This document shows, piece after piece, positions 20,833-31,500 of a DNA stretch of 64,000 nt (its first letter is position 1; the number at the start of each line of letters is the position of its first letter). The stretch is from Bacteroidales bacterium (GTDB lineage: Bacteria > Bacteroidota > Bacteroidia > Bacteroidales > PXBB01). A program made the translations under genes and the position numbers. The notes under the pieces are model-generated. The model had not been told where the DNA came from. It worked only from the letters and a program-made list of their open reading frames with translations, and searched no databases. The stretch is taken from the NCBI GenBank assembly GCA_028698995.1, contig JAQVVM010000011.1, forward strand, positions 19,243-83,242, in the 5' to 3' direction.

Positions 20833-22728
20833 ATGAATAATAATTTTATTAAGTTGATTAATTCAATTTTGATTGCTATATTTATTGGTATATTTTCATT
20901 CGTTTTAAAATCACAGGAACTTACAACAGATTTGTATTTTTTGAAATTTAGAAATGATTCTTCACAAGAAAAAAACGTTGAATCTCTAAGCCAAATAAGT
21001 GATATTTTGGTGTTAGAATTAGATGAAACCTTGACTGAAGATGGTTTTCAATTAATTCGTTTGCCAAACGCAAATTTGAAATCAGCAATAGTAAACCAAT
21101 TACTTGCTAATGAGGATGTAATGTATTTATCTCCGGTGTATGTTCTTTCAGAAGACAAAGTGATTTCTCACACTAACGAGATATATGTTGCTTTCAAGGG
21201 GTTTCTAAATACAGCCTTAATCGATTATTTTGAAGAAAAATTTGATTTAACCAACGATAAATCCTTTAATTCATTACCCTATGTATATAAATTTCTTCTC
21301 AAAAAATCAGATGTTTTAGAGATTAAAGATATATGTATGAAAATTTCACTTGAAAATTCTGTAAGATATTGCCAGCCTAATTATATGTTTTCAATAGATG
21401 TACACAGCAACGATCCCTATTTTCCTAGGCAGTGGGCTTTGAAGAATGATGGTGTACCTTTACAGTACAATGGTACAGCAGGAGCTGATATGAAAGTGGT
21501 TGAAGCATGGGAAATCACCCGAGGTAACAGCAACATTAGGATGGCTGTTTTAGACTCGGGTGTTGATACTTTACATCCCGACCTCATAGATAATATCCTA
21601 CCCGGTTTTGATGCAATAGGTGAGGGTACTAACGGATTTCCCAGTACAGATTATGATAGTGATGCCCATGGAACAGCGTGTGCCGGAATTCTTGGCGCCG
21701 TTGCTGATAACAATATTGGTATAGCTGGTGTGGCCCCTGAATGTAAAATTATTCCTGTAAGGCTTTTTCATTACATAAATTTTATGGGACAGATTATTCC
21801 ATGGTCAACAAGTGATTGGATGGTTGATGGTATAACTTGGGCATGGCAGGTTGGAAAAGCTGATATTCTCAGTAATTCATGGGGTATTACCGACCAGTAT
21901 TTAAGCATGTTTCCCGGTCAAGACTCTATTGTGAATGAAGCAATTTTTTTAGCTTTAGCTAATGGTAGAAATGGTAAAGGTGTTCCCATGCTTTTTTCAA
22001 GTGGTAACGATGGGGATGCGCCCATATGGCCAAGTCGTTTGCCTCAGGTTATTGCTGTAAATGCTTCAAGTATGTGTGATGAAAGAAAAAGTCCTACTTC
22101 CTGTGATAATGAAAATTTCTGGGAAGGTAATTGGGGTGAAGGCCTAGACATAACTGCTCCGGGTGTTAAAATATATACAACCGATATCACCGGCCCTTTT
22201 GGTTTTAGCAATGGGGCATATACTAATAATTTTAACGGCACTTCTTCTGCTTGCCCCAATGCAGCAGGTGTAATGGCTTTAATCCTTTCTGTTAATCCAT
22301 ACCTTACTCAACAACAAGCAAGATACGTGTTAGAATCTACTTGTGATAAGGTTGGAGGATATAATTATAGTTTTAATAAACCTTCCGGCACTTGGTCAAA
22401 TGAAATGGGCTATGGCAGGGTTAATGCTAAGAGTGCTGTACTTAAAGCCATACAAATGATTCCCCCGAAAATCGAATCATCCTTTTTTGTATATCATTAT
22501 ACTGATGATGGCAAACATATTATTGCCTGTAATCTCGAAAATAGTGCAGAGGTTAATCTTGATGTTTTTAATGTTTTTGGTAATTGTATAGCCCGATACC
22601 CGTCCCAACAAATGGAAAAAGGATTAAACCTTTTCTATCTTAATAATGATTTAAGTCAGGGTTTATATTTTGCTCGAGTCAATATTAATGGAGCTAGTTC
22701 TGTAGTTAAGTTTTTTACTTTACGATAA
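20833..22728 (+). CDS. Subtilisin-like serine peptidase (S8) with T9SS C-terminal sorting domain
   Basis: Catalytic triad contexts are AVLDSGVDTLHPDL (Asp), DAHGTACAGILGA (His) and NGTSSACPNAAGVMALI (Ser). The signal peptide is LINSILIAIFIGIFSFVLKSQ. The C-terminal beta-sandwich tail is ...VNLDVFNVFGNCI...GLYFARVNINGASSVVKFFTLR. The track ORF starts at TTG 20827; the ATG at 20833 is more likely. Confidence 0.9.
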   Translation: MNNNFIKLINSILIAIFIGIFSFVLKSQELTTDLYFLKFRNDSSQEKNVESLSQISDILVLELDETLTEDGFQLIRLPNANLKSAIVNQLLANEDVMYLSPVYVLSEDKVISHTNEIYVAFKGFLNTALIDYFEEKFDLTNDKSFNSLPYVYKFLLKKSDVLEIKDICMKISLENSVRYCQPNYMFSIDVHSNDPYFPRQWALKNDGVPLQYNGTAGADMKVVEAWEITRGNSNIRMAVLDSGVDTLHPDLIDNILPGFDAIGEGTNGFPSTDYDSDAHGTACAGILGAVADNNIGIAGVAPECKIIPVRLFHYINFMGQIIPWSTSDWMVDGITWAWQVGKADILSNSWGITDQYLSMFPGQDSIVNEAIFLALANGRNGKGVPMLFSSGNDGDAPIWPSRLPQVIAVNASSMCDERKSPTSCDNENFWEGNWGEGLDITAPGVKIYTTDITGPFGFSNGAYTNNFNGTSSACPNAAGVMALILSVNPYLTQQQARYVLESTCDKVGGYNYSFNKPSGTWSNEMGYGRVNAKSAVLKAIQMIPPKIESSFFVYHYTDDGKHIIACNLENSAEVNLDVFNVFGNCIARYPSQQMEKGLNLFYLNNDLSQGLYFARVNINGASSVVKFFTLR

Positions 22729-22739
22729 TTTAAACAAAC

Positions 22740-23192
22740 ATGAATAATTTAGTTTTTGAGTTTTTTAATAAAAATAACGTTTTTGCAGTTATTGGTGTTT
22801 CCCAAAATCCCAAGAAGTTTGGTCACATTGTATATGAAGCCTTAAAGAAGAAAGGATTTCAGGTTGTTCCTCTTAATCCATCTGCAAATCAAATTTGTTC
22901 TGATAAATGTTTTAATACAATTGACGATTTACCCGATAATGTTTCACATGCCATCATTTTAACAAAAGCTTCTGAAACAGATAATGTGTTGCGTAATCTT
23001 GCATCAAAAGGAATTTTTAATGTCTGGATTCAGCAAATGTCGGAAACTAAAGATAGCCCCTTAATTGCAGATGAATTAAAAATCAACGCAATTTTCGGAA
23101 AATGTGTTTTTATGTTTGCCGAACCTGTTTTAGGTATTCATGCTTTTCATAGGGCTTTATTAAGAATCTTTGGCAAAATTCCAAAAAAATAA
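22740..23192 (+). CDS. CoA-binding domain protein (YccU/YneT-like)
   Basis: FAVIGVSQNPKKFGHIVYEALKKKGFQVVPLNP...DDLPDNVSHAIILT matches the CoA_binding_2 Rossmann-like pattern. Confidence 0.7.
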   Translation: MNNLVFEFFNKNNVFAVIGVSQNPKKFGHIVYEALKKKGFQVVPLNPSANQICSDKCFNTIDDLPDNVSHAIILTKASETDNVLRNLASKGIFNVWIQQMSETKDSPLIADELKINAIFGKCVFMFAEPVLGIHAFHRALLRIFGKIPKK

Positions 23193-23203
23193 AAATTTTA
23201 ATT

Positions 23204-23662
23204 ATGAAAAAATTTTTAATTCTATGTATAACTGTGATTTTTTTTGCAGCATGCAATCAAAGTAATGTATTTGAAAAACATCATGAACTCAAAGATAATA
23301 AATGGCTTAAAACAGAAATTATAACTTTTCAGGTAGAAATTGAAAATCCCGATAATTATGATATCATTATTGCCATCAGACATGCCTCTTTTTATCCTTT
23401 TGCCAATGTATTAATGGGTCTTACAATTGAAACTCCTGAAGGAGAGTCAAGGTTTATGCAGCATGATTTAATCATACGAAATACTGATGGATCTTTTAAG
23501 GGAGAGGGACTTGGTGACATTTGGGATATTGAACTCCCTGTTTTTGAAAATTTTCCTTTCAGCCAAAAAGGGAATTACACTTTTAAAATTGAAAACAAAA
23601 TGCATCTCGTTGAGATTATTGGTCTTATGGAAATTGGTTTAATCATTAAAAAAATCAACTAA
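23204..23662 (+). CDS. gldH: Gliding-motility lipoprotein GldH-like
   Basis: Lipoprotein signal (ITVIFFAAC). The pattern F.........W.....I.F.V.I......YD.IIAIRH...YPFANV....TIE.P.G..........I....G...G.G.GDIWD......E...F...G.Y.F.IEN.M resembles Flavobacterium johnsoniae GldH as I recall it. Confidence 0.65.
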   Translation: MKKFLILCITVIFFAACNQSNVFEKHHELKDNKWLKTEIITFQVEIENPDNYDIIIAIRHASFYPFANVLMGLTIETPEGESRFMQHDLIIRNTDGSFKGEGLGDIWDIELPVFENFPFSQKGNYTFKIENKMHLVEIIGLMEIGLIIKKIN

Positions 23663-23669
23663 TTACTTG

Positions 23670-25469
23670 ATGAATGACTTTTTAAAGGATATCATTTCAT
23701 CACTTCCCAACAATCCTGGCGTTTATCAATTCTTTGATAAAAATGACAAAATCATTTATATAGGCAAGGCTAAAAATCTAAAAAAACGCGTTCAATCTCA
23801 TTTCCTTGTTCAAAAAAATGATAACGCAAAGAAGATTTTTATGCTTAACAGGATTGCAAATATTAAATTTGTTATCGTTGATACCGAATTTGATGCCCTT
23901 TTGCTTGAAAATTCCTTAATTAAGAAATGGCAACCTCGGTATAATGTACTTTTAAAAGATGATAAAACATTTCCATGGATTTGTATAAAAAATGAAAATT
24001 TTCCCAGGGTTTTTCATACAAGAAATGTTTATAAAGATGGTTCTGAATATTATGGGCCTTATGCTTTTGTAAAAACAATGTATGTTTTGCTCGATTTAAT
24101 TCGGCAGCTTTTTAAATTACGCAATTGTAACTTAGTTCTATCTGAAGAAAATATTAAAAAAAATAAATTTAAAACCTGCCTTGAGTTTCATATTGGAAAT
24201 TGCAAAGCACCTTGTGTTGGACTTGAGTCCCAAGATGAATATAACAGTACAATTAAACAAATCAGACAATTAATTAAAGGTCATATCTCTGCTGTTATTC
24301 AGGAAATGAAAATACTAATGAAGAGTTATGCCGATAATTTTGTATATGAAAAAGCTCAAATTCTTAAAGAGAAAATCAGCTTACTCGTAAATTATCAGAG
24401 TAAATCAACGGTTGTCAGTACAAAATTAAATAATGTTGATGTGTTTTCTATCTGTTCAAACAATGAATCCGCTTTTGTGAATTTTTTTAAGGTGGCAAAC
24501 GGTTCTGTCATTCAGTCCCATACAGTTGAGTTGAAGAAAAAACTTGATGAAAGTGACCAAGAGTTGCTCGGTTATGCAATTCTTGATATTAGATTAAGAC
24601 TGAACAGCAATTCCAAGGAAATCGTTGTGCCTTTTAAACCTGATATGAGTCTTCCGGATGTTAAATACACAATTCCCCAAATAGGTGATAAAAAACAATT
24701 GTTGGAGCTTTCTTTCCGAAATGTGAAATATTTTATGATGGAAAGCAAATCTAAAAAGTTTTTAAAAAATCCTGAATCTCCGGGTGAGCGATTGATGAAG
24801 GTTTTACAAAAAGACTTAAATTTAAATAATTTACCTGCTCATATTGAATGTTTTGATATTTCAAATATGCAGGGAACTGATGCTGTCGGTTCAATTTCTG
24901 TTTTTAAAGATGCAAAACCAAGTAAAAAAGATTATAGAATCTTCAACATTAAAACTGTTGAAGGCCCAAATGATTATGCCTCATTGGAAGAAGTAATTCA
25001 TAGACGCTATAAGCGAATTTTAGATGAAAATTCATCTTTGCCTCAGTTAATAATAATTGATGGTGGAAAGGGACAGTTAGGTGCTGCTGTTAAAAGCCTT
25101 TCAAAACTTAATTTGATTGGTAAAATTGCTGTTATTGGGATAGCCAAAAAATTAGAAGAAATCTTTTTCCCTGGTGATAGCATCCCTCTTTATCTCGATA
25201 AACGTTCCGAATCATTAAGAATTATTCAGCATTTACGAAATGAAGCCCATAGATTTGGGATAAAACACCACCGGAATAAATCTGAAAAACGCATTGTAAA
25301 TTCCGAAATCTTCAATGTTAAAGGCATTGGACAAAAAACAGCAGAAGCATTATTTCACAAGTTCAAGTCTGTTAAATCAATCAAGGAAGCTTCTCTACAG
25401 GATCTCCAAAATTGTATTGGAGTTGCCAAGGGGCAAAGTGTTTTTAATTATTTTTTGAAAAATAAGTAA
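23670..25469 (+). CDS. uvrC: Excinuclease ABC subunit C
   Basis: GIY-YIG N-terminus (PGVYQFFDKNDKIIYIGKAKNLKKRV), UvrBC-interaction and RNase H-like endonuclease regions, and a C-terminal (HhH)2 (GIGQKTAEALFHKF). The ATG at 23670 is preferred over the TTG at 23667. Confidence 0.95.
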   Translation: MNDFLKDIISSLPNNPGVYQFFDKNDKIIYIGKAKNLKKRVQSHFLVQKNDNAKKIFMLNRIANIKFVIVDTEFDALLLENSLIKKWQPRYNVLLKDDKTFPWICIKNENFPRVFHTRNVYKDGSEYYGPYAFVKTMYVLLDLIRQLFKLRNCNLVLSEENIKKNKFKTCLEFHIGNCKAPCVGLESQDEYNSTIKQIRQLIKGHISAVIQEMKILMKSYADNFVYEKAQILKEKISLLVNYQSKSTVVSTKLNNVDVFSICSNNESAFVNFFKVANGSVIQSHTVELKKKLDESDQELLGYAILDIRLRLNSNSKEIVVPFKPDMSLPDVKYTIPQIGDKKQLLELSFRNVKYFMMESKSKKFLKNPESPGERLMKVLQKDLNLNNLPAHIECFDISNMQGTDAVGSISVFKDAKPSKKDYRIFNIKTVEGPNDYASLEEVIHRRYKRILDENSSLPQLIIIDGGKGQLGAAVKSLSKLNLIGKIAVIGIAKKLEEIFFPGDSIPLYLDKRSESLRIIQHLRNEAHRFGIKHHRNKSEKRIVNSEIFNVKGIGQKTAEALFHKFKSVKSIKEASLQDLQNCIGVAKGQSVFNYFLKNK

Positions 25470-25499
25470 AAAAAGGCTGCCTGTTAAAGACAGCCTTTT
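25469..25499. terminator. Bidirectional intrinsic terminator between convergent uvrC and the 3522-aa gene
   Basis: AAAAAGGCTG (25469..25478) pairs perfectly with CAGCCTTTTT (25490..25499) across an 11-nt loop. A-run and T-run arms allow function on both strands. Confidence 0.75.
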
Positions 25500-25518
25500 T
25501 ACTGCGTTATCATTCTAT

Positions 25519-28500
25519 TTATTTGCTTACAACTAACTTTCTTGTGAGCTTTTGATCTCCAAAGTTAAGTGTGTAGTAATAGATGCCATCAGCAAGCTTG
25601 TTTGCATCAATTTCAATAAAGTGATTACCGTTTGTTTGATCTTTTTCAATTTTGTAAATTGACTGACCTATAACATTGACTATTTCGAATACAACTCTTC
25701 CGGATTCTGGTATCGAATAAGACACCATTGTATTACCATTGGCTGGATTAGGTATGTTTTGCCCAAGATACAAAGCATTGTTGTTGACATTTTCTATGCC
25801 AACACTGCCATTTATGGTTTTACAAACTTTATCATTGCCTGTATTTAAATCATTTGCAAGCTGTGTTTTTACACATAATACATAATTACCGGATAATGAT
25901 AAATAGGTATTTGTAAATGTGTAAACAACTTCAGCATTTGGTGCAAGTGTTCCTGTCCATGTTTCAACAGTTTGTGCGCCGGCATTCAAATCGTAAGCCA
26001 CACTCATGCTTGTCAAAGTCTCCGTGCCAAAATTCTTTATTTTTGCACTGACTGTAACTTGCTGTCCGATTGTTGTTTGTGTTCCCGGTGCTGTTATTTC
26101 AACAACTCCGGCATCATATTGTGCAGCGGTTACAGTAATATTTTCACATATTGTGTCATTGTTGGTGTAAGTATCACCGTTAACACGTGTCCATGCACAT
26201 AAATTAAAAGAAGTTGATTGTGAAACTGTTGCACTAAAAGTATAATTTACAGTTGCTCCAGGTTGTAAGTTTCCTGTCCATTGTTCCTGAACTGCTACAC
26301 CATTATTTACTCTGTATCTCACTGGAATAGTAGTTAATGGGCTGGTACCAAAGTTTTTAATAGTTACTTCAACAGTGTTTGTTGAGCCGTTTACAACCGA
26401 ACCCACAGGACTGACAATAGCTATTACTCCTGCATCCGTAGGAATCTGGGATTGGAAAATTTCAAAATCATCAATAGCCCAACCATTGTAATTGTTGTTT
26501 GAAACATTAGAATAGAAATTGAATCTGAACTGTACAGGAACTGGGAAGTTGTTAAACTGAGTAAGATCAAATTTTGAATAAACCCAGCCTGATGATAATC
26601 CTGTAAATGCCGGTGCTCCATTTATATTAGATGTGTTGTACCAATTAGTACCTAATGGATCACTTACAACTCCTAAAGTTTGCCAAGTTTGTCCATTATT
26701 AGTTGTGTATTGTAATCTGCCTCCATCAAAACCGCTTTCAGTGTTATACCAATGCCAGAATCCAATTACATTGTTTACTGAATTGCTGAAGTTAAATCTT
26801 GGAGAATAGAGGTTGTAATTGCTGCTGTTGCTATAATTACCTGAAAGATTTGTAGCCCATGAATTTACTGGACTATGAGCGGTATTGATAACACTGGCAC
26901 TTGGAGTTCCCATTTGCCATTGACTTGTTGCTCCTGTAGTATAGAAATAAACGCCGCCTTCTAAATCATCTGTGAAAGGCAGGTTCATTAATGGAATTCC
27001 GAAAGTGGTTTTGCATGTTGTATCATTTCCATGATTTCCATCATTTGATAGTTGGGTCCATGCACAAATATCAAATTGACCTCCGGGCACTGTAAATGCA
27101 GTTGCAAAAGTATAGGTTACAGCTGAATCAGGTAATAAAGTGCCAATCCATGTCTCTGTTATGGCTGTTCCTCCATTCAGGCTGTATTTTACAGGGATGC
27201 TGGTCAGTGTATCAGAACCAAAGTTCTTAACTTTTGCCTGAAGATTAATTTGGTCTCCACCATTCATTAAATCAACAACATTTACAAGCTCAGTGATTCC
27301 TGCATCTCTTGGAGGAAGCAATCTGATATTGATATCATCAATGTAAAGAACATAGGTTGAAGCTGGACTTGTAGCATGCCAAGCAAAATTATAAACACCG
27401 TCTGTGCTTATACTTACAATGCCAGAAGCCATCTGATAAGTTGTGTTATTAATGCCTTGCATTTGTAATACCGTTGTTGTAAATGTAGATGTATTTGTTG
27501 CATCTGTACCAAGTTTCACAGCCAGATTATGTGAAGAAACCGTGGATGAGGAACGGTACCAGAATTCAACTTTGTACGATTTGCCTCCTTCAAGATCAAA
27601 ACATTCTGAAATAAACCAGTCGTTCCCTATACTTGTTGATCCCTGATTAAATCTGGCACTGTTTGTTCCTGTGTGTGCAAAAGTAGCATTTATAAACGGA
27701 TATTCCCAAATCCTACCATCGGTATTGCCGTCGTATTGTCTCCATCCGCTCATGTTTTCGTTCCCTTCAAATCCCATAGTGTAAGCTCCTGAATAAAAAT
27801 CATGTTTGGGATACAAATAAACCGACATGGTGTCATTCATTGCATATTGATCTCCTGTGAGAATAACATGGAATTGAATATTAAATGCGGTATTGGTAGA
27901 TAAGTTAGCCGGAGTAGCAAATGTGAAAGTATAAACGGAATCTGTAGCCAAAGAACCTGTGAAAGGTTCAGATACAGGTGTTCCTCCATTAATTGAGTAT
28001 GACATTGAGAAACCTGTAATGGTATCCAAACCATTATTCTTAACTTTAACTATTAAGATTTCATTTGCACTTAAATCACAATTTGAAGTCGGAGACACAA
28101 TTTCCATCAATGACAAATCAAGGTTAAGTGGGTCAAATTCAAAGCCTCCTATGTCAGGTGTATTTACATTTCTTAATGTTCCCTCAATATCATCAGTAAC
28201 TGCCGGAATCGGTGCTCCTTCATTATTAATTGTAGTACTGAAAGTATGTAAATTGTTAATACCTATAAAATTAGGATTAACATTAATAGAATTTGTGTCT
28301 TTTAATGTGATGAGCCTCCAGTTTGAAAGTGTAAGAATATCTGAAGAAAAATATCCCAGAGTCCCGAAAGGCCCACTGACAAAATAATCATTATTATCGA
28401 TTTTATTAAAAACAGTACCGGCTGTTGCATAAATTGAATATGATTTTGAACCGGTTAATCCTGTCATATTGTTGGCAAAAATATTATTTCTAACATCCAG

Positions 28501-31500
28501 ACCTGTTGCCAGACTTGAGGTTACAATAAAGGCAGCCGACATACTCGGATTGGAGCCTGTTGTTGGTGCACCATGCATATTTACACTGTTGTGCCATATT
28601 TTATGGTTTGTACCTCCTGTAACTCTGATACCAAAAGGATTTTCCCATGTACTTGTGGCACTGTAACCTGAGCCAATTATATCGGAAAGAAAATTATTTG
28701 AAATCTCAATATTTGAAGTTCCTGTTCCTGAAGCAATATTGATACCATAGGCTCCGTAACCGCCTGTACTTGTAGAACGCAATCCTCGAATTCTGTTTTT
28801 ACTGATTTTTGCATCAGTAACATCATTTCCTATTTCTATACCTGATACACTGACCGAAGTTGACAATTGCATGTTGATAATTTCATTGCCTTCAACTAAA
28901 GGTGCATTGGCTCCGGCAATGTCAACACCTCGGAACGTAACAAAATCTGATTGGGAATTTGAACCAATAAAATTTCGTGTTATTAAAAGATTATTGTTTT
29001 TAAGTGTAGAAGTAGATTTTACATAAACACCAAAATATGATTTCGTAAATTCATTATTATGAATTACAAGATAATTATTATTACCGGTGCCAGAGGTTGT
29101 AATTGTTGTTCCAGCGGCATAAATACCGAATGTTGAGGTGGCAACATTAGAACCAGCTGCTATTTTGCAATTTTTAACAGAAATACTATCTGATACTGAA
29201 GCAATCCATATAGCGGTAGTATTGGCATTAGTGGAGTTATTAATAATGCTGAAATCACGACTGTTTGTTCCGTTATTGGAACCATCAAAAATATAGAATT
29301 TAGCATTGCTAATTTTTACAACAAAAGTGTCAGCAACTGATAAGCTTACTGTAGCCCCTGCATCAGGCATAAATGTAACAGTATTTGTGGCTGAAGCACC
29401 ATTATAAGCTCCTAATAATAGCTTTTCATTATATGTACCTGTTCTAACTTTAAAAGTAACAGGACCTGAAACACCATAATTGTTCAGCGCATTTATGGCT
29501 TGTGTGAAATTTATAAAATCAGGTGTAGTTCCTCCAATTGTATAAATACCATTAAGTGGGTCAAAAGCCATGATATTTGTTTGTGTTGTATCATTCAGAT
29601 TAAATACGTCTGATACACCGTTTGGTTGGCTTGTCCATGCTTTTATAACATGATTTCCAAGTGTAAAATTGAAAGTACCAATGTTTACATTATTTATGCT
29701 TGTATTGTGTGCAAGATTGCCTCCCCAGTTGAATACTTGTTGAGGAACTCCGTTTACAGTCCAATTGATATTAACTGCTGTTAAAGGATTTAGTCCATAA
29801 TTATGTAATGTAACATCTACATTCTGGGTCCCTAAATTTGTTGGCGAAATGGGCATGTCTATTGAAACAATACCAGCGTCAACATTAGGTGTGCCTGTTA
29901 CTGTTACTGTTACAGGTGCTTTGGCACTTTCACAACCGGGAGCATCATGCACAAAGATTGTATTAGGCCTTGTTGTTGCACCATAACCTACACTAGATGG
30001 GAAGGTTACATCATCATAGTTGTACTTTACCAAATTAGATGGTACAGTGCTGGCTCCAAACGATGGATATCCAGAAATATAAGAACCATCATGATTTTCC
30101 CATTGTAACACCAGGGTGCTAGTCCCATTATAATTAAAAGGTGTGCTTAACGGTATTTTAACCCAACCAGGACTCCATGTTACTGTACCCTGATAAACTT
30201 GTGTTAATCCGGTTGTGCCAGGGTAACTGTAATCTGTAAATGCAGAATAAGCTGCATGTCCAAGATAAACCCTTTGGTCATTCATTGTATATGGTGAAAT
30301 TGTATTGTTTACATAAAAAATAAGAGTGTCAATGTTGCCTGAGAAATTTAATTCTGCAGGTAGAAAAAGGGAAGTGCTCCATGAATAATCAAACCACCCG
30401 TAGCAGGGAACATACGATTGTGTTAATGTTCCTGTACCAATTTGGGTTTGAAATCCTCCTTGTGTTGAGGAGGATGAAACATAAAACGTTGTGTTTGAAT
30501 ATAGAATTGGTGTAGTATAAGTTGTACCTGTATCTACAGCTGAAGTTGCTGCAATATTATCATACCAATTGATAAAATAGGGGGAGCTTGCATTTAAAGT
30601 AGTTGATGTGGCATAGGGTATTGAAACGTTATTAGCTGTAGGAACCGGAGGGGTAAATGAAAATGTAGCACTGGTGTTTGTTGTGTCGTTTGCATTGTAC
30701 CCATCTGCTGTTAATGTTGTATATGCTTTAATTTGAATGGTTGAATCTCCAACTGTAAGGTTAATATTAATTGGTACTGTGAAAGTAAATAATATGGTAT
30801 CACCTACTGGTATTGAAACACCTACAGATTGTGTAACCGGCGAGCCGTTATTTACAACATAAGAGGCTGAAAGACCACTAGTAATATCATTTGCTCCGGA
30901 ATTATAAAGAAGAACTTCAACTATTTCACTACCGTCTGTACATGCATCTATCGGTGAGACAATACTTGCAATACCTGCATCAAAAGGCTGTGGAATAATA
31001 TTTACTGTCACAGGAACCCTGTTGCTTTTGCAGCCATTACCTCCTGTGCTTAATGAACCAGCTAACTGCGGGTTAAGAGATCCAATTGTTTGGGTTGTTG
31101 TACTTGAAGCAGCAATCCAATCAGCAGCAGTATTATTGTCTGATATAATTCTGATTACTCCTGCATTTGATGTGCTTAATAAATTGCTCCAATCATTTGA
31201 GGTAACACCTGAAGCTGTTTGAAAAGTATATCCATTAGTTGCAACCGCATCTAGAATATTATTAGTATTATTTCTTAAAGCATAACCTGAAATTGAAGTT
31301 GAAAAAATAGCATCTGTAGCTCCTCCGGTATTGTATAGATAGTTTGTAGGATTATTTGTGCCTGTTCCAATATGTAATAACAAAACTTGACCTGCCGGAA
31401 GGTTAATACTTGGGAATGTATATGTTCTTGCTCCTTCGCCATATACATCAAAAACATAACCTTGTAAATTGGCTGGTGCAGAACCAAGATTTGTAATTTC

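Noticed and set aside
27959-28387. 142-aa plus-strand ORF and other 60-100-aa ORFs on either strand within 25519..36087 (e.g. 34429..34728, 31275..31601, 25972..26202)
   Set aside because: All are fully embedded in the 3522-aa gene in other frames, with low-complexity, Cys/Leu-rich nonsense-like translations.
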